Positions 18,145-27,042 of a stretch of DNA of 41,931 nucleotides are shown here, piece by piece (position 1 is the stretch's first letter; each line of letters starts with the position of its first letter). Source of the stretch: Gemmatimonadaceae bacterium (GTDB lineage Bacteria; Gemmatimonadota; Gemmatimonadetes; Gemmatimonadales; Gemmatimonadaceae); assembly GCA_033763905.1 (NCBI GenBank), contig JANRJP010000138.1, positions 1 to 41,931 on the forward strand. Direction: 5' to 3'. A program made the position numbers and the translations under genes. Below the pieces are notes generated by a model. The model was not told the origin of the DNA and did not search any database. It saw only the letters and a program-made list of their open reading frames with translations.

Positions 18145-19544
18145 GCGTGGAGCATCTTGCCCATCGAGTCGAGCACCGCTTCGGCGATCGCTTCGCTCAA
18201 CGTCGGATGCGCGTGAATGGCCAGATCGATCTCCTCGACGGTGAACTCGTTCTCGCGCGCGACCACCAGCTCGTGGAGCAGCTCGGTGACGTGCGCGCCC
18301 ACGAGATGCGCGCCAAGAATCTCGCCGTACTTGGCGCCGCGGATGATCTTCACGAAGCCGTCGGTCTCCCCCGAGGTGCGCGCGCGGCCGTTCGCCGAGA
18401 AGGGGAACTTGCCGACCTTGTAGTCGAGCTTCTGTTCCTTGCACTGCGCTTCGGTCAGGCCGATCGACGCCACTTCGGGGTGGCAGTAGGTGGCGCTCGG
18501 GATGTTCGCGTAGTTCACCGGGTGCGTCTTCTCCCCGGCGATGATCTCGGCGACGATATGCCCCTCACGCGACCCCTTGTGGGCGAGCATCGGCGGACCC
18601 GCGACATCGCCGATCGCGTAGATCCCGGGGACGCTCGTCTCGAGGCGATTCGTCACCTTGATGAAGCCGCGCTCGGTGAGCTGCACGCCGGCTTCCTTGA
18701 GGCCGATGTTCTCGACGTTCGGCGCGCGGCCAGCGGCCACGAGCACCTGCTCGACGTCCAGCACGTGCTTCGTGCCGCCCGACTCGACATGCAACGTCAC
18801 GCCGTCCTTGCGCACGTCGGCCTTGGCGATCTTGGCGCCGAGCAGTTGGTCGATACCGCGCTTCTTGAACGCCTTGCCGAGTTCGGCCGAGCAGTCGGCG
18901 TCTTCGATCGGCAGCAGACGATCCATCACTTCGACGATGGTCACCTTGGTGCCGAACGACGCGAAGACATCGGCGAACTCGCAGCCGACCGCTCCCGCGC
19001 CAACGACGGCCATCGTCTTGGGCGCCTTTTCGGCGACCAGAACTTCGTCCGACGAGACGACCGTGGACTTGTTCAGCTCGAGCCCTGCCTGCGGGAGGCC
19101 CTTCACCCGCGAGCCGGTCGAGATCACCACGGCCTTCTTGGCCTCGTGCGTCTCCTCCTTGCCGTCCGCGCCCTTGACGGCGACGCGCTTGCCGCCGGCC
19201 AGACGCCCGGTGCCCTTGATCCAGGTGACCTTCCACTTCTTGAACAGGAATTCGACGCCCTTCGAGTTCTGCGTCGACACGGCGCGGGAGCGCTTCATCG
19301 CCGGCCCGAAATCGAGGGTCACGCCATCGATCGTGATGCCGTGTTCCTTGGACTTCTTGAGCTTCTCGGCGAGGCCGGCGCTTTCGAGCAGCGCCTTGGC
19401 CGGAATGCAGCCCCAGAGGACGCAGGTCCCGCCCAGCGCTTCGCGCTCGACGACTGCGACGGAGAGACCCAACTGGGAGGCGCGAATCGCCCCCACATAT
19501 CCGGCGGGGCCGCCGCCGAGGAAGATGACGTCGTAGGTAGCCAT
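18141..19544 (-). CDS. lpdA: Dihydrolipoyl dehydrogenase (E3 / glycine-cleavage L protein)
   Basis: GGGPAGY FAD motif, GGTCVLWGCIPAK redox disulfide, GAGAVGCEFA, YAIGD, HAHPTLSE. Confidence 0.97.
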   Translation of the reverse strand: MATYDVIFLGGGPAGYVGAIRASQLGLSVAVVEREALGGTCVLWGCIPAKALLESAGLAEKLKKSKEHGITIDGVTLDFGPAMKRSRAVSTQNSKGVEFLFKKWKVTWIKGTGRLAGGKRVAVKGADGKEETHEAKKAVVISTGSRVKGLPQAGLELNKSTVVSSDEVLVAEKAPKTMAVVGAGAVGCEFADVFASFGTKVTIVEVMDRLLPIEDADCSAELGKAFKKRGIDQLLGAKIAKADVRKDGVTLHVESGGTKHVLDVEQVLVAAGRAPNVENIGLKEAGVQLTERGFIKVTNRLETSVPGIYAIGDVAGPPMLAHKGSREGHIVAEIIAGEKTHPVNYANIPSATYCHPEVASIGLTEAQCKEQKLDYKVGKFPFSANGRARTSGETDGFVKIIRGAKYGEILGAHLVGAHVTELLHELVVARENEFTVEEIDLAIHAHPTLSEAIAEAVLDSMGKMLHA

Positions 19545-19550
19545 ACGGTG

Positions 19551-19556
19551 AATCTA
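19551..19556 (-). promoter_or_regulatory. Putative -10 element (TAGATT) 6 nt upstream of lpdA ATG (leaderless, internal promoter)
   Basis: The minus strand reads TAGATT-caccgt-ATG, with no SD. Confidence 0.55.
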
Positions 19557-19594
19557 GTGGCGTGATTGGGAAGGAAGTGCAACGACAACTGCCA

Positions 19595-19669
19595 TTTACC
19601 ACGAAGGCACGAAGGACACGAAGACTGCTGGAAGTGCTTCCTTCGTGCCCTTCGTGCCTTCGTGGTGAA
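19595..19669. repeat. 29-bp inverted repeat with three CACGAAG units per arm (REP/MITE-like palindrome)
   Basis: tttaccacgaaggcacgaaggacacgaag (19595-19623), a 17-nt spacer, then cttcgtgcccttcgtgccttcgtggtgaa (19641-19669); 2 mismatches. Confidence 0.85.
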
Positions 19670-19692
19670 CCGCCGTTCCTGCGGACGCCGCG

Positions 19693-20919
19693 TTACGCCA
19701 ACAGCAACGGATTCTCGACGTACCGCCGCAACGTCTGCAGGAACTTGGCACCCACGGCGCCATCGATGGCCCGGTGGTCGCACGAGAGCGTCACCCGCAT
19801 CACCGGGGTCGGCACCCACGCGCCGTCCACGAACACCGGCTTGGTCTCGACGGCGCCGACCGCCAGGATCGCGACTTCCGGCGGGTTGATGATCGCGGTG
19901 AACTGGTCGATGCCGAACATCCCGAGATTCGACACGCTGAACGTGGCGCCGCTGTACTGGTCCGGCGTGAGCTTGCGCTCGCGGGCGAGACCGGCCAGGC
20001 GCTTGGCGTCCTTGCTGATGTCGGTGATGCGGCGCGCGTGGGCGTCGGTGATCACCGGGACGATCAATCCGTCGTCGGTCGCCACGGCCATTCCCAGATG
20101 CACGCGCGAGAAGCGGCGAATACGATCGCCCAGCCAGTGCGCGTTCACTTCGGGATGCTCGGCCAGCGCGAGCGCACAGGCCTTGAGTAGCACGTCGTTG
20201 ACGCTGACCTTGAACGCGTCGCCCAGCTTGGCGGTGGACGCACGCAGCTCCTGCACGCGCGTGAGGTCGAACTCGGCGGTGAGGTAGAACGTCGGGATCG
20301 GCCCGATGCTCTCCGACAGCCGCTTCGCGATCGTCTTGCGCATCTGTGTGAGCGCGACGTCCTGCGAGTCCGGACCCGCCGGCGCGGCGACGACGGGGCG
20401 ACTCGCCGCGGCCGGCGCACTCGCGGCCGCATCGATGTCGCGCTTGATCACGCGTCCGTTCGGTCCCGAGCCCGCGATGCTGCCCAAGTCCACGCCGCGC
20501 TCGGCGGCCATCCGGCGCGCCAGCGGGCTGGAGCGGACCGGACCACTCGCTGGTGCCGGCGCCGGCGCCGCCACTGGCGCGCTTGGCACCGGCGCCGCGG
20601 CGGGGGCTGCCGGAGCGGCGGCCGCGGCCTTCGCCGGCGCCGCCGCCCCACCGCCCGAAAGCAGGGCCGAGATGTCTTCATCTGCCGCCGCGATCACGCC
20701 GAGCAGCGTGCCCACGGGTGCGGTATCGCCTTCCTTGAGGATGTGCGTCCGCAACACGCCTTCGGCGCGGGCGACGAGTTCCATCACCGCCTTGTCGGTT
20801 TCGACTTCGGCGAGCACTTCGCCCTGCTTCACCGCCGAGCCTTCGGCGATGTTCCACTTCACGAGTCGCCCTTCTTCCATCGTGGGCGAGAGCGCTTCCA
20901 TCACCACTTTGGTCGCCAT
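19693..20919 (-). CDS. pdhC: Pyruvate dehydrogenase E2, dihydrolipoamide acetyltransferase
   Basis: Single lipoyl domain (LSPTMEEG..VETDKAVME), Ala/Pro linker, SSPLARRMA..GSGPNGRV binding domain, SNLGMFG, DHRAIDGA. Confidence 0.95.
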   Translation of the reverse strand: MATKVVMEALSPTMEEGRLVKWNIAEGSAVKQGEVLAEVETDKAVMELVARAEGVLRTHILKEGDTAPVGTLLGVIAAADEDISALLSGGGAAAPAKAAAAAPAAPAAAPVPSAPVAAPAPAPASGPVRSSPLARRMAAERGVDLGSIAGSGPNGRVIKRDIDAAASAPAAASRPVVAAPAGPDSQDVALTQMRKTIAKRLSESIGPIPTFYLTAEFDLTRVQELRASTAKLGDAFKVSVNDVLLKACALALAEHPEVNAHWLGDRIRRFSRVHLGMAVATDDGLIVPVITDAHARRITDISKDAKRLAGLARERKLTPDQYSGATFSVSNLGMFGIDQFTAIINPPEVAILAVGAVETKPVFVDGAWVPTPVMRVTLSCDHRAIDGAVGAKFLQTLRRYVENPLLLA

Positions 20920-20922
20920 CGG

Positions 20923-21909
20923 TCAGGCCCGGTCGAGATAGAGCACGCGTCGCGCGGCGGCGACGCACTTCGCGGCATCCGGCTTGGCCGCCTTTTCGAG
21001 CGCCTTCGCGTACGGCATCGGCACGTCTTCCTGATGCACACGCAGCACGGGCGCATCGAGATGGTCGAAGGCCTCACGCTGGACGATATCGGCGACCTGC
21101 GCGCCGAAGCCGCACACTTCCCAGCCTTCTTCGAGCACGACGACGCGATTCGTTTTGGTGACGGTCTCGATGATGGCCGGCACATCGAGCGGACGCAGCG
21201 TGCGCAAGTCGAGCACTTCGGCCTTGATGTCCTGCGCCGCGAGCTGATCGGCCGCCTGCAGCGCGGTACCCACCATCTTGCCCCAGGTGATGATCGACAC
21301 GTCCGAGCCTTCGCGCTTCACCTCGGCCTTGCCGAGCGGCACGATGTGGTCGCCGTCGGGGACCTCGCCCTTCACGTTGTAGAGCATTTCCCCTTCGAGC
21401 ACCATCACCGGATTGTCGTCGCGAATCGCAGCCTTGAGCAGGCCCTTCGCGTCGGCCGGCGTACCAGGAGCCACGACCTTGAGCCCCGGAATGTGCGTCA
21501 ACCAGCTCTCCCACGCCTGCGAATGCTGCGCGCCCAGCTGCAGCGCCGCACCGTTCGGGCCGCGGAAGACGATCGGCATCGGGAACTGGCCGCCCGACAT
21601 ATAGAGCATCTTCGCGGCGGCGTTCACGACTTGATCGAGCGCGAGCAACGCGAAGTTCCACGTCATGAACTCGATGATCGGGCGTAGCCCAACCATTGCC
21701 GCGCCGACACCGACGCCGGCAAAGCCCAACTCGGTGATCGGCGTGTCCACGACACGCATTTCGCCGAACTCCTGCAGCAGCCCCTTCGACACTTTGTACG
21801 CGCCCTGATACACGGCGACTTCTTCGCCCATCAGGAACACGCGGTCGTCACGCTGCATCTCTTCGCGCAGCGCCTGATTGAGGGCGTCGCGATACGTCAT
21901 AATCGCCAT
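20923..21909 (-). CDS. pdhB: Pyruvate dehydrogenase E1 beta subunit
   Basis: MGEEVAVYQGAYKVS, DTPITELGF, EFMTWNF, FRGPNG..GAQHSQ, DLRTLRPLD, MPYA. Confidence 0.96.
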   Translation of the reverse strand: MAIMTYRDALNQALREEMQRDDRVFLMGEEVAVYQGAYKVSKGLLQEFGEMRVVDTPITELGFAGVGVGAAMVGLRPIIEFMTWNFALLALDQVVNAAAKMLYMSGGQFPMPIVFRGPNGAALQLGAQHSQAWESWLTHIPGLKVVAPGTPADAKGLLKAAIRDDNPVMVLEGEMLYNVKGEVPDGDHIVPLGKAEVKREGSDVSIITWGKMVGTALQAADQLAAQDIKAEVLDLRTLRPLDVPAIIETVTKTNRVVVLEEGWEVCGFGAQVADIVQREAFDHLDAPVLRVHQEDVPMPYAKALEKAAKPDAAKCVAAARRVLYLDRA

Positions 21910-22925
21910 TACGCCGCCCTCCCGTCGCTCGTCGTGTCGACGAGCACGTCTTCCCAGAGCGACTCGAGCGGCGGCTCGGGCGAGGCATCGGCGAAGTCCC
22001 AGGCATCCTGCACTTCGGCCTTGAGTTCGGCGTCCATCGCCTGCACCTCGGCGTCGGTGATTTCGCCGAGCTCGTGCAGGTGCGCGCGCAGCAGCGCGAT
22101 CGGGTCGCGCTTGAGATGTTCGTCGAGCTCGGCCTTGGAGCGATACGTGCCCGAGACCGCGTCCGACATCGAGTGGCCCATAAAGCGGTACGTGCGGACT
22201 TCGAGCAGCGTCGGAATGTGCTCGGCGCGCGCGCGGCTCACCGCCTGATGCATCGCGTCCCGCACGGCGAACACATCCTGCCCGTCGACGACGTCGCGCG
22301 GCATCGAGTAGGCGGCGCCGCGCTCATAGATGTCGTGAATGGCTGCGGCGCGTTCGACCGCCGTGCCCATTCCGTAGCGGTTGTTCTCGATCACGTAGAT
22401 GACCGGCAACTTCCAGAGGCCGGCCATATTGAGCGCTTCGTGGAAGGCGCCGTTGTTCACCGCCGCTTCGCCCATAAAGCACACGCACACTTGGTCGCCG
22501 CCGCGGTACTTCACGGCGAAGCCGACGCCGGTCGCGATCGGGATGTGCCCGCCGACGATGCCGTGGCCGCCCAAGAAGCCGAGCGACTTGTCGAAGAGGT
22601 GCATCGAGCCGCCCTTGCCGCGGGCGCAGCCGTCGACGCGGCCGAAGAGCTCGGCCATCACCGCGCGCGCCGTCATCCCGCGGGCCAGTGCCTGCCCGTG
22701 GTCGCGGTACGTGGTGATGATGTAGTCGTCCGGCCGCAGCACCGACATCGCGCCGGTGCTGACGGCTTCCTGGCCGATGTAGAGGTGACAGAAGCCGCCG
22801 ATCTTGCCCAGCGCGTAGGCTTCGGCGCAGCGCTCCTCGAAGCGGCGCTGGAGGAGCATCGAGCGGAGGAGTCCGCGGCGGAAGGCGGCGTCGTCGCCGT
22901 CGTTGACGTTCGGTCGGTCGGCCAT
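21909..22925 (-). CDS. pdhA: Pyruvate dehydrogenase E1 alpha subunit
   Basis: GKIGGFCHLYIGQEA, YRDHG, GKGGSMH, GGHGIVG, ENNRYGMGT, TYRFMGHSMSD. Coupled to pdhB through a TAATG overlap. Confidence 0.96.
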   Translation of the reverse strand: MADRPNVNDGDDAAFRRGLLRSMLLQRRFEERCAEAYALGKIGGFCHLYIGQEAVSTGAMSVLRPDDYIITTYRDHGQALARGMTARAVMAELFGRVDGCARGKGGSMHLFDKSLGFLGGHGIVGGHIPIATGVGFAVKYRGGDQVCVCFMGEAAVNNGAFHEALNMAGLWKLPVIYVIENNRYGMGTAVERAAAIHDIYERGAAYSMPRDVVDGQDVFAVRDAMHQAVSRARAEHIPTLLEVRTYRFMGHSMSDAVSGTYRSKAELDEHLKRDPIALLRAHLHELGEITDAEVQAMDAELKAEVQDAWDFADASPEPPLESLWEDVLVDTTSDGRAA

Positions 22926-22945
22926 TGGCAGGTGCAGGGTTGCGG

Positions 22946-23854
22946 CTAGACGCCCGCCGCCTGCACCTGCTCCCACGCGTGGTAGCTGGAGCGGACGAGC
23001 GGGCCGGATTCGACGTGCTTGAAGCCCATCGCCATCCCCTGCTCGTAGAACATCCGGAACTCTTCCGGCTTTACGTAGCGGTCGAGGGCAATGTGGCCGT
23101 CGCTCGGGCGGAGGTACTGCCCGAGGGTGAGGATGTCGACGTCGACGGCGCGCAGATCGGCCATCACCGCGAGGACTTCCTCGTTGGTCTCCCCCATCCC
23201 GAGAATGATCCCGGTCTTGGTGGGAATGTCGGGCGCGAGACGCTTCGCCGTGGCGAAGATGTCCATCACGCGCTGATACCGGCCGCCCGGGCGCGCCTTC
23301 TTGTACAGGCGCGGGACGGTCTCGGTGTTGTGGTTGTAGATCTCCGGGCGCGCGTCGAGGACGGTCTTGATCGCGTCGTGGTTGCCCTGGAAATCGGGGA
23401 CCAGCACTTCGACCGAGCAGCCCGGCACCGATTCGTGCACTTGGCGGATGGTTTCGGCGAAGGCCCAGGCGCCGAAGTCCGGCAGGTCGTCGCGATCCAC
23501 CGACGTAATCACCAGATGGCGCAAGGCCATCTGCTGCGCCGCCTCGGCGACGCGCGACGGCTCGGCAGGATCAAACTTCGGCGGACGCCCGTGGGCGACG
23601 GCGCAGTACGCGCAGTTCCGAGTGCACACGTCGCCGAGAATCATGAACGTGGCGGTGCCGTGCTCCCAGCACTCGCCCACGTTGGGGCAGTGCGCTTCCT
23701 CGCACACGGTGTGCAGGTCGAGCTCCCGCATCAACTGCTTGAGGCGCAGGTAGTTCGGTCCACCCGGTGCGCGCACTTTGAGCCACCCCGGCTTGCGTTC
23801 GGGGAGAGGCTCGCGACGGTGGCGACCGAGGATTTGGTACAGTGCTTCAGCCAT
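22946..23854 (-). CDS. lipA: Lipoyl synthase (radical SAM)
   Basis: TVCEEAHCPNVGEC (CX4CX5C), CTRNCAYC (CX3CX2C), TSVDRDDL, HNTETV, GQYL, VRSSY. Confidence 0.97.
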   Translation of the reverse strand: MAEALYQILGRHRREPLPERKPGWLKVRAPGGPNYLRLKQLMRELDLHTVCEEAHCPNVGECWEHGTATFMILGDVCTRNCAYCAVAHGRPPKFDPAEPSRVAEAAQQMALRHLVITSVDRDDLPDFGAWAFAETIRQVHESVPGCSVEVLVPDFQGNHDAIKTVLDARPEIYNHNTETVPRLYKKARPGGRYQRVMDIFATAKRLAPDIPTKTGIILGMGETNEEVLAVMADLRAVDVDILTLGQYLRPSDGHIALDRYVKPEEFRMFYEQGMAMGFKHVESGPLVRSSYHAWEQVQAAGV

Positions 23855-23952
23855 ACGAAGGATCAGGGGCGCGGGAACCCGCGCGTGTCAGAAGGTAGGG
23901 ACAGGACCAGTCGGGGAATTCCCCTGTAACCAGCAAAATACGCTTTTGGAGG

Positions 23953-25011
23953 TTATGCAAAACGGCTGATCGAGAAGGGGCGGAGATCGTGGCCGTGGGG
24001 ACGCCCAACAATGGCGTCTGCAACGACTTCCCCCGTCAACGGTCCGAGCAGAAAGCCGTTCCGAGAATGTCCGCAGGCGTACCACAGCCCGGGTCGCTCG
24101 ACGCATTCCCCAATGATCGGCTGCAGGTCGGGCGTGACCGGGCGCAGACCCGCCGCGTGCTTGGTCACGGGCTGGTCTGCCAGCCCCGGGATCAGCCGTC
24201 GGGCGACGCCCTCGAGCATTGAGCGACCCGAGGGGGTGATGCCCGAGTCAAAGCCCACATCATCCATCGTGGCGCCGATGTAGGTCGTCCCGTTACTGCG
24301 CGGGACCACGTAGCCACCGGCACCGTACGCCACGTGGCGGGTGGGGGTGCCGCGGTACTCGAGCATCTGGCCGCGCAGCGGACGCACCGGAATGGGTCGC
24401 GGGAGGCCAGCAAGTTGGGTGGCCCAGGCGCCACTGGCGATGACCACCGCCGGCGCGTGGAACTCGAGCCCGTCCGCGAGCTTGACGCCCTTGGGGGTCA
24501 GCGAGGCGGCGGGGGCGGCCACCCATCCGATTCTCGAATCCGCGTGCGCGGCGGTGTCCAACGCGTCCATCAGCACGCCGGGGTCGACGGCGCGATCGTG
24601 CGGGTGCCACACGGCGCCAAACGGGGCGTCCAGGCCGGGAGCCGCGTCCCGCATCGTGGCCGCATCGAGCCAGCGGGCGCCGACGGGCAGGTCGGCCGAC
24701 CGCCGGCTCGCCTCCGCGTCGTCGGCGGCGACCTCGAAAATGCCCCCATCGTTCATCGGGACGCGCCGGCCCGTCGCCGCTTCGAGCCGGTCGAGAAACG
24801 GCGCGTAGAAATCGCGCCCGGCGATGGCAAACGTATGCGCGGCGCCACTGGCGCGTTCGACCGACGGGGCCAGCATCCCCGCGCCGATGCGGGACGATTC
24901 CCCCGGCATCGACGGCGCGAAGATCCGCACCCGGAGGCCCCGAGCGGCCGCCGCGAGCGCGGTCGACAATCCCACCAGGCCCCCCCCAACCACCAACAAG
25001 TCGCGATTCAT
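23953..25011 (-). CDS. thiO: FAD-dependent glycine oxidase ThiO / D-amino-acid oxidase family
   Basis: VVGGGLVG, SRIGAGMLAP, IASGAW, VRPLRGQM, YVVPR, IGAT, GLRPVTPD, GHSRNGFLLGP. Start at ATG 25011. Confidence 0.8.
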   Translation of the reverse strand: MNRDLLVVGGGLVGLSTALAAAARGLRVRIFAPSMPGESSRIGAGMLAPSVERASGAAHTFAIAGRDFYAPFLDRLEAATGRRVPMNDGGIFEVAADDAEASRRSADLPVGARWLDAATMRDAAPGLDAPFGAVWHPHDRAVDPGVLMDALDTAAHADSRIGWVAAPAASLTPKGVKLADGLEFHAPAVVIASGAWATQLAGLPRPIPVRPLRGQMLEYRGTPTRHVAYGAGGYVVPRSNGTTYIGATMDDVGFDSGITPSGRSMLEGVARRLIPGLADQPVTKHAAGLRPVTPDLQPIIGECVERPGLWYACGHSRNGFLLGPLTGEVVADAIVGRPHGHDLRPFSISRFA

Positions 25012-25109
25012 TGCTTGGCGCTCACTGGTCCCGCCGGTAGCGTTCCTGTGCCGAAACCGGCCGACGGCCAGACTCGTACGGATCTGCGACCACCCAACGG
25101 GATCGCTCA

Positions 25110-25334
25110 ATGCTCAAGTCCATTTTCACCATCGGATTGCTCGCCCTCCTCGGCCTCTTGGCACTCAAGTTGGTCTTCGGGCTGGTTGGCTTCGCGTTCG
25201 GTCTGCTCGGCTTCGTGCTCAAGCTGGCGATCCCGGTCGCCATTTTCGCCGGCGTCGGCTACGTCGTACTCAAGGTGGTTTCGCCCGACACCGCCAAGAA
25301 GATTCGCGACGGCGCGTCCGGCTCGAATCTCTGA
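25110..25334 (+). CDS. Small hydrophobic membrane protein (74 aa), unknown function
   Basis: Fills the gap between thiO and the DHS-like gene, has GC-type codon usage, about two hydrophobic segments and a basic C-terminus. Confidence 0.7.
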   Translation: MLKSIFTIGLLALLGLLALKLVFGLVGFAFGLLGFVLKLAIPVAIFAGVGYVVLKVVSPDTAKKIRDGASGSNL

Positions 25335-25336
25335 TC

Positions 25337-26323
25337 TTACGGCGTCGATGCGGGGGCGGTAGCCGCCGTCCCCCGCTCGAGCGCTTCGACGATCGCCCAC
25401 GCCAGCATCGGGACCATCAGTTCGTGGTGCCCCGTGATCTCGAGGCCCGTCCCGCCGTGCAGCGTGGGGCGTTGCACGACATTCATCCGCGGCCGGTAGT
25501 GCCGCTGCATATCCAGATCCACCGCGGTGAAGTCCACCGGCGCGCCATCGCCAAGATTGCGCGCAATCGTCAGCGCCTTGAGGAACACCTCGGGCATGAT
25601 CACCGCGCTCCCCAGATTCAACACCACGCCGCCGTCGTGCAATGCAGGCAAGCTGGCCGCGAGCCGTCGGAAGTCTCGATGGCTCGTCGCGCCGATGGCC
25701 GCGCCATCGGCGGCTGGGTGCTGGTGAATGATCTCCGCCCCGAGGGCCGCGTGCACGGTCGCAGGCACTCCGAGTCGATGGGCCGCCAGCAGCACCGACA
25801 ACTCCGGGTGCGCCACGCTCGGCGCCGCGTCGAGCGCCAGCGCCACCGACTCGCCCATCCCGCGCTGCTCCCGCGCGCCGCGCACGAAGGCGTCATTGAG
25901 CTCGCGGCCCGTCTCCTCGGCCATCCCGAAGGTGCCATCCTTGAGTCCGGCGGCCACGTCTTCGCTCGTGCCGCCGAAGCGCGCGATCTCGTAGTCGTGA
26001 ATCGCGGCTGAGCCGTTCATCCCGAGGTGCGTGATCACGCCGCGCCGCATCAAGTCGATCAGCAACGGGCCGATCCCGGTCTTGACGACGTGTCCGCCCA
26101 GCATCACGACGACGCCACGCTTGCGCTGCGCAGCCTGTGCGACCGCGTGAACGACTCGGCGAAACGCACGAGCGACGAGGATGTCGGGCAACGCGTCGAG
26201 AAACGCGCCGAACGAGCGGTCGGCCCCCGGGGGCGTCGCGAACTCGGCGGCTTCCACTTTGTTCGGTCGCACCGCGATCGGCACCGTCCGAACCTTCGAC
26301 AAATCGGCTTCTTGGTAGTCCAT
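25337..26323 (-). CDS. Deoxyhypusine-synthase-like (DHS fold) conserved protein, function unknown
   Basis: MLGGHVVKTG, MNGSAAIHDYEIA..G.TSEDV, GTFGMAEETG, PATVHAALG.EIIHQHP, GGVVLNLGSAVIMPEVFLKA, GHHELM. Coupled to DUF3108 by a TAATG overlap. Confidence 0.7.
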   Translation of the reverse strand: MDYQEADLSKVRTVPIAVRPNKVEAAEFATPPGADRSFGAFLDALPDILVARAFRRVVHAVAQAAQRKRGVVVMLGGHVVKTGIGPLLIDLMRRGVITHLGMNGSAAIHDYEIARFGGTSEDVAAGLKDGTFGMAEETGRELNDAFVRGAREQRGMGESVALALDAAPSVAHPELSVLLAAHRLGVPATVHAALGAEIIHQHPAADGAAIGATSHRDFRRLAASLPALHDGGVVLNLGSAVIMPEVFLKALTIARNLGDGAPVDFTAVDLDMQRHYRPRMNVVQRPTLHGGTGLEITGHHELMVPMLAWAIVEALERGTAATAPASTP

Positions 26324-27042
26324 TACCGGCGTCCGGGACGGTAGGCGGTCAGCTGCAGGCCAAGCGTGCCGATCTTGAGCTTCGAACGCATCTGCAGGAG
26401 AATGCGCGTCGAGTCGTCCCGCAACCAGAGTTGCGCTTCGCCGCCTTCGGCGAAGATGCCGCGCGCCTTGATCAGTGGCTGCACGACCACGGCGTCGAAC
26501 GTGCCCGCGGGCACCGTCACTCGTTCGCGACGCAGCACCCGGACGATCACCGGGTTCCGGTCGGGGCGGAAGTAGCGCGGCACTTCATACCGGGCGCCAT
26601 CGTCCAGCGGCAAGGTGCGCAGGAAGTACAGGAACGAGCCGTCGTCGAGTGGCCCCTCGACCGTCGGCTGGTCGGCCGAGTCGGCGCGCTCGCGGTACGC
26701 GCGCCGCTCCGGAAAGAACTCGTACGTGCGCTCGTGGCTGCGCCCGCCTTCGGCATAGTCCTGCACGAAGCGCAGCGACTGGAATTGCGTGGTGTCGATC
26801 CAGCTCTCGAGGACGTCTTCGATGTGGTAGAACCACGTGCCGCCCTTGATCCGGAACGTCGTGCGCCACGCGGGTCGGCCGCGCACGTCTTCGACCGCGC
26901 CGATTTCCATCGACGCCCGGCCCACGCGGAGGCGGGAGAAGCGCACGTCGTAATCCAGGCGCTCGCCCGTGACGAGCGGTTGGGCGTGTCCGGTGGCGGC
27001 GCCAAGCACCAGCGCCGCGGCGACCACGAGGCGCGTGATCAC
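26323..27042 (-). CDS. DUF3108-domain exported protein
   Basis: Signal peptide, GERLDYDV, SFLYFLRTLPL, ERVTVPAGTFDAVVVQP, GIF..GGEAQLW..DD..RILLQM. The GTG start overlaps the GT2 stop. Confidence 0.8.
   Translation of the reverse strand: MITRLVVAAALVLGAATGHAQPLVTGERLDYDVRFSRLRVGRASMEIGAVEDVRGRPAWRTTFRIKGGTWFYHIEDVLESWIDTTQFQSLRFVQDYAEGGRSHERTYEFFPERRAYRERADSADQPTVEGPLDDGSFLYFLRTLPLDDGARYEVPRYFRPDRNPVIVRVLRRERVTVPAGTFDAVVVQPLIKARGIFAEGGEAQLWLRDDSTRILLQMRSKLKIGTLGLQLTAYRPGRR

Noticed and set aside
19595..19669. Possible mini-CRISPR array
   Set aside because: The units are 7-9 nt and inverted, with no unique spacers and no cas genes.
20540..20660. Low-complexity GCC-rich repeats
   Set aside because: They encode the ordinary Ala/Pro linker of PDH E2.
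25012..25109. TPP riboswitch upstream of thiO
   Set aside because: The conserved CUGAGA core was not found on the thiO strand.
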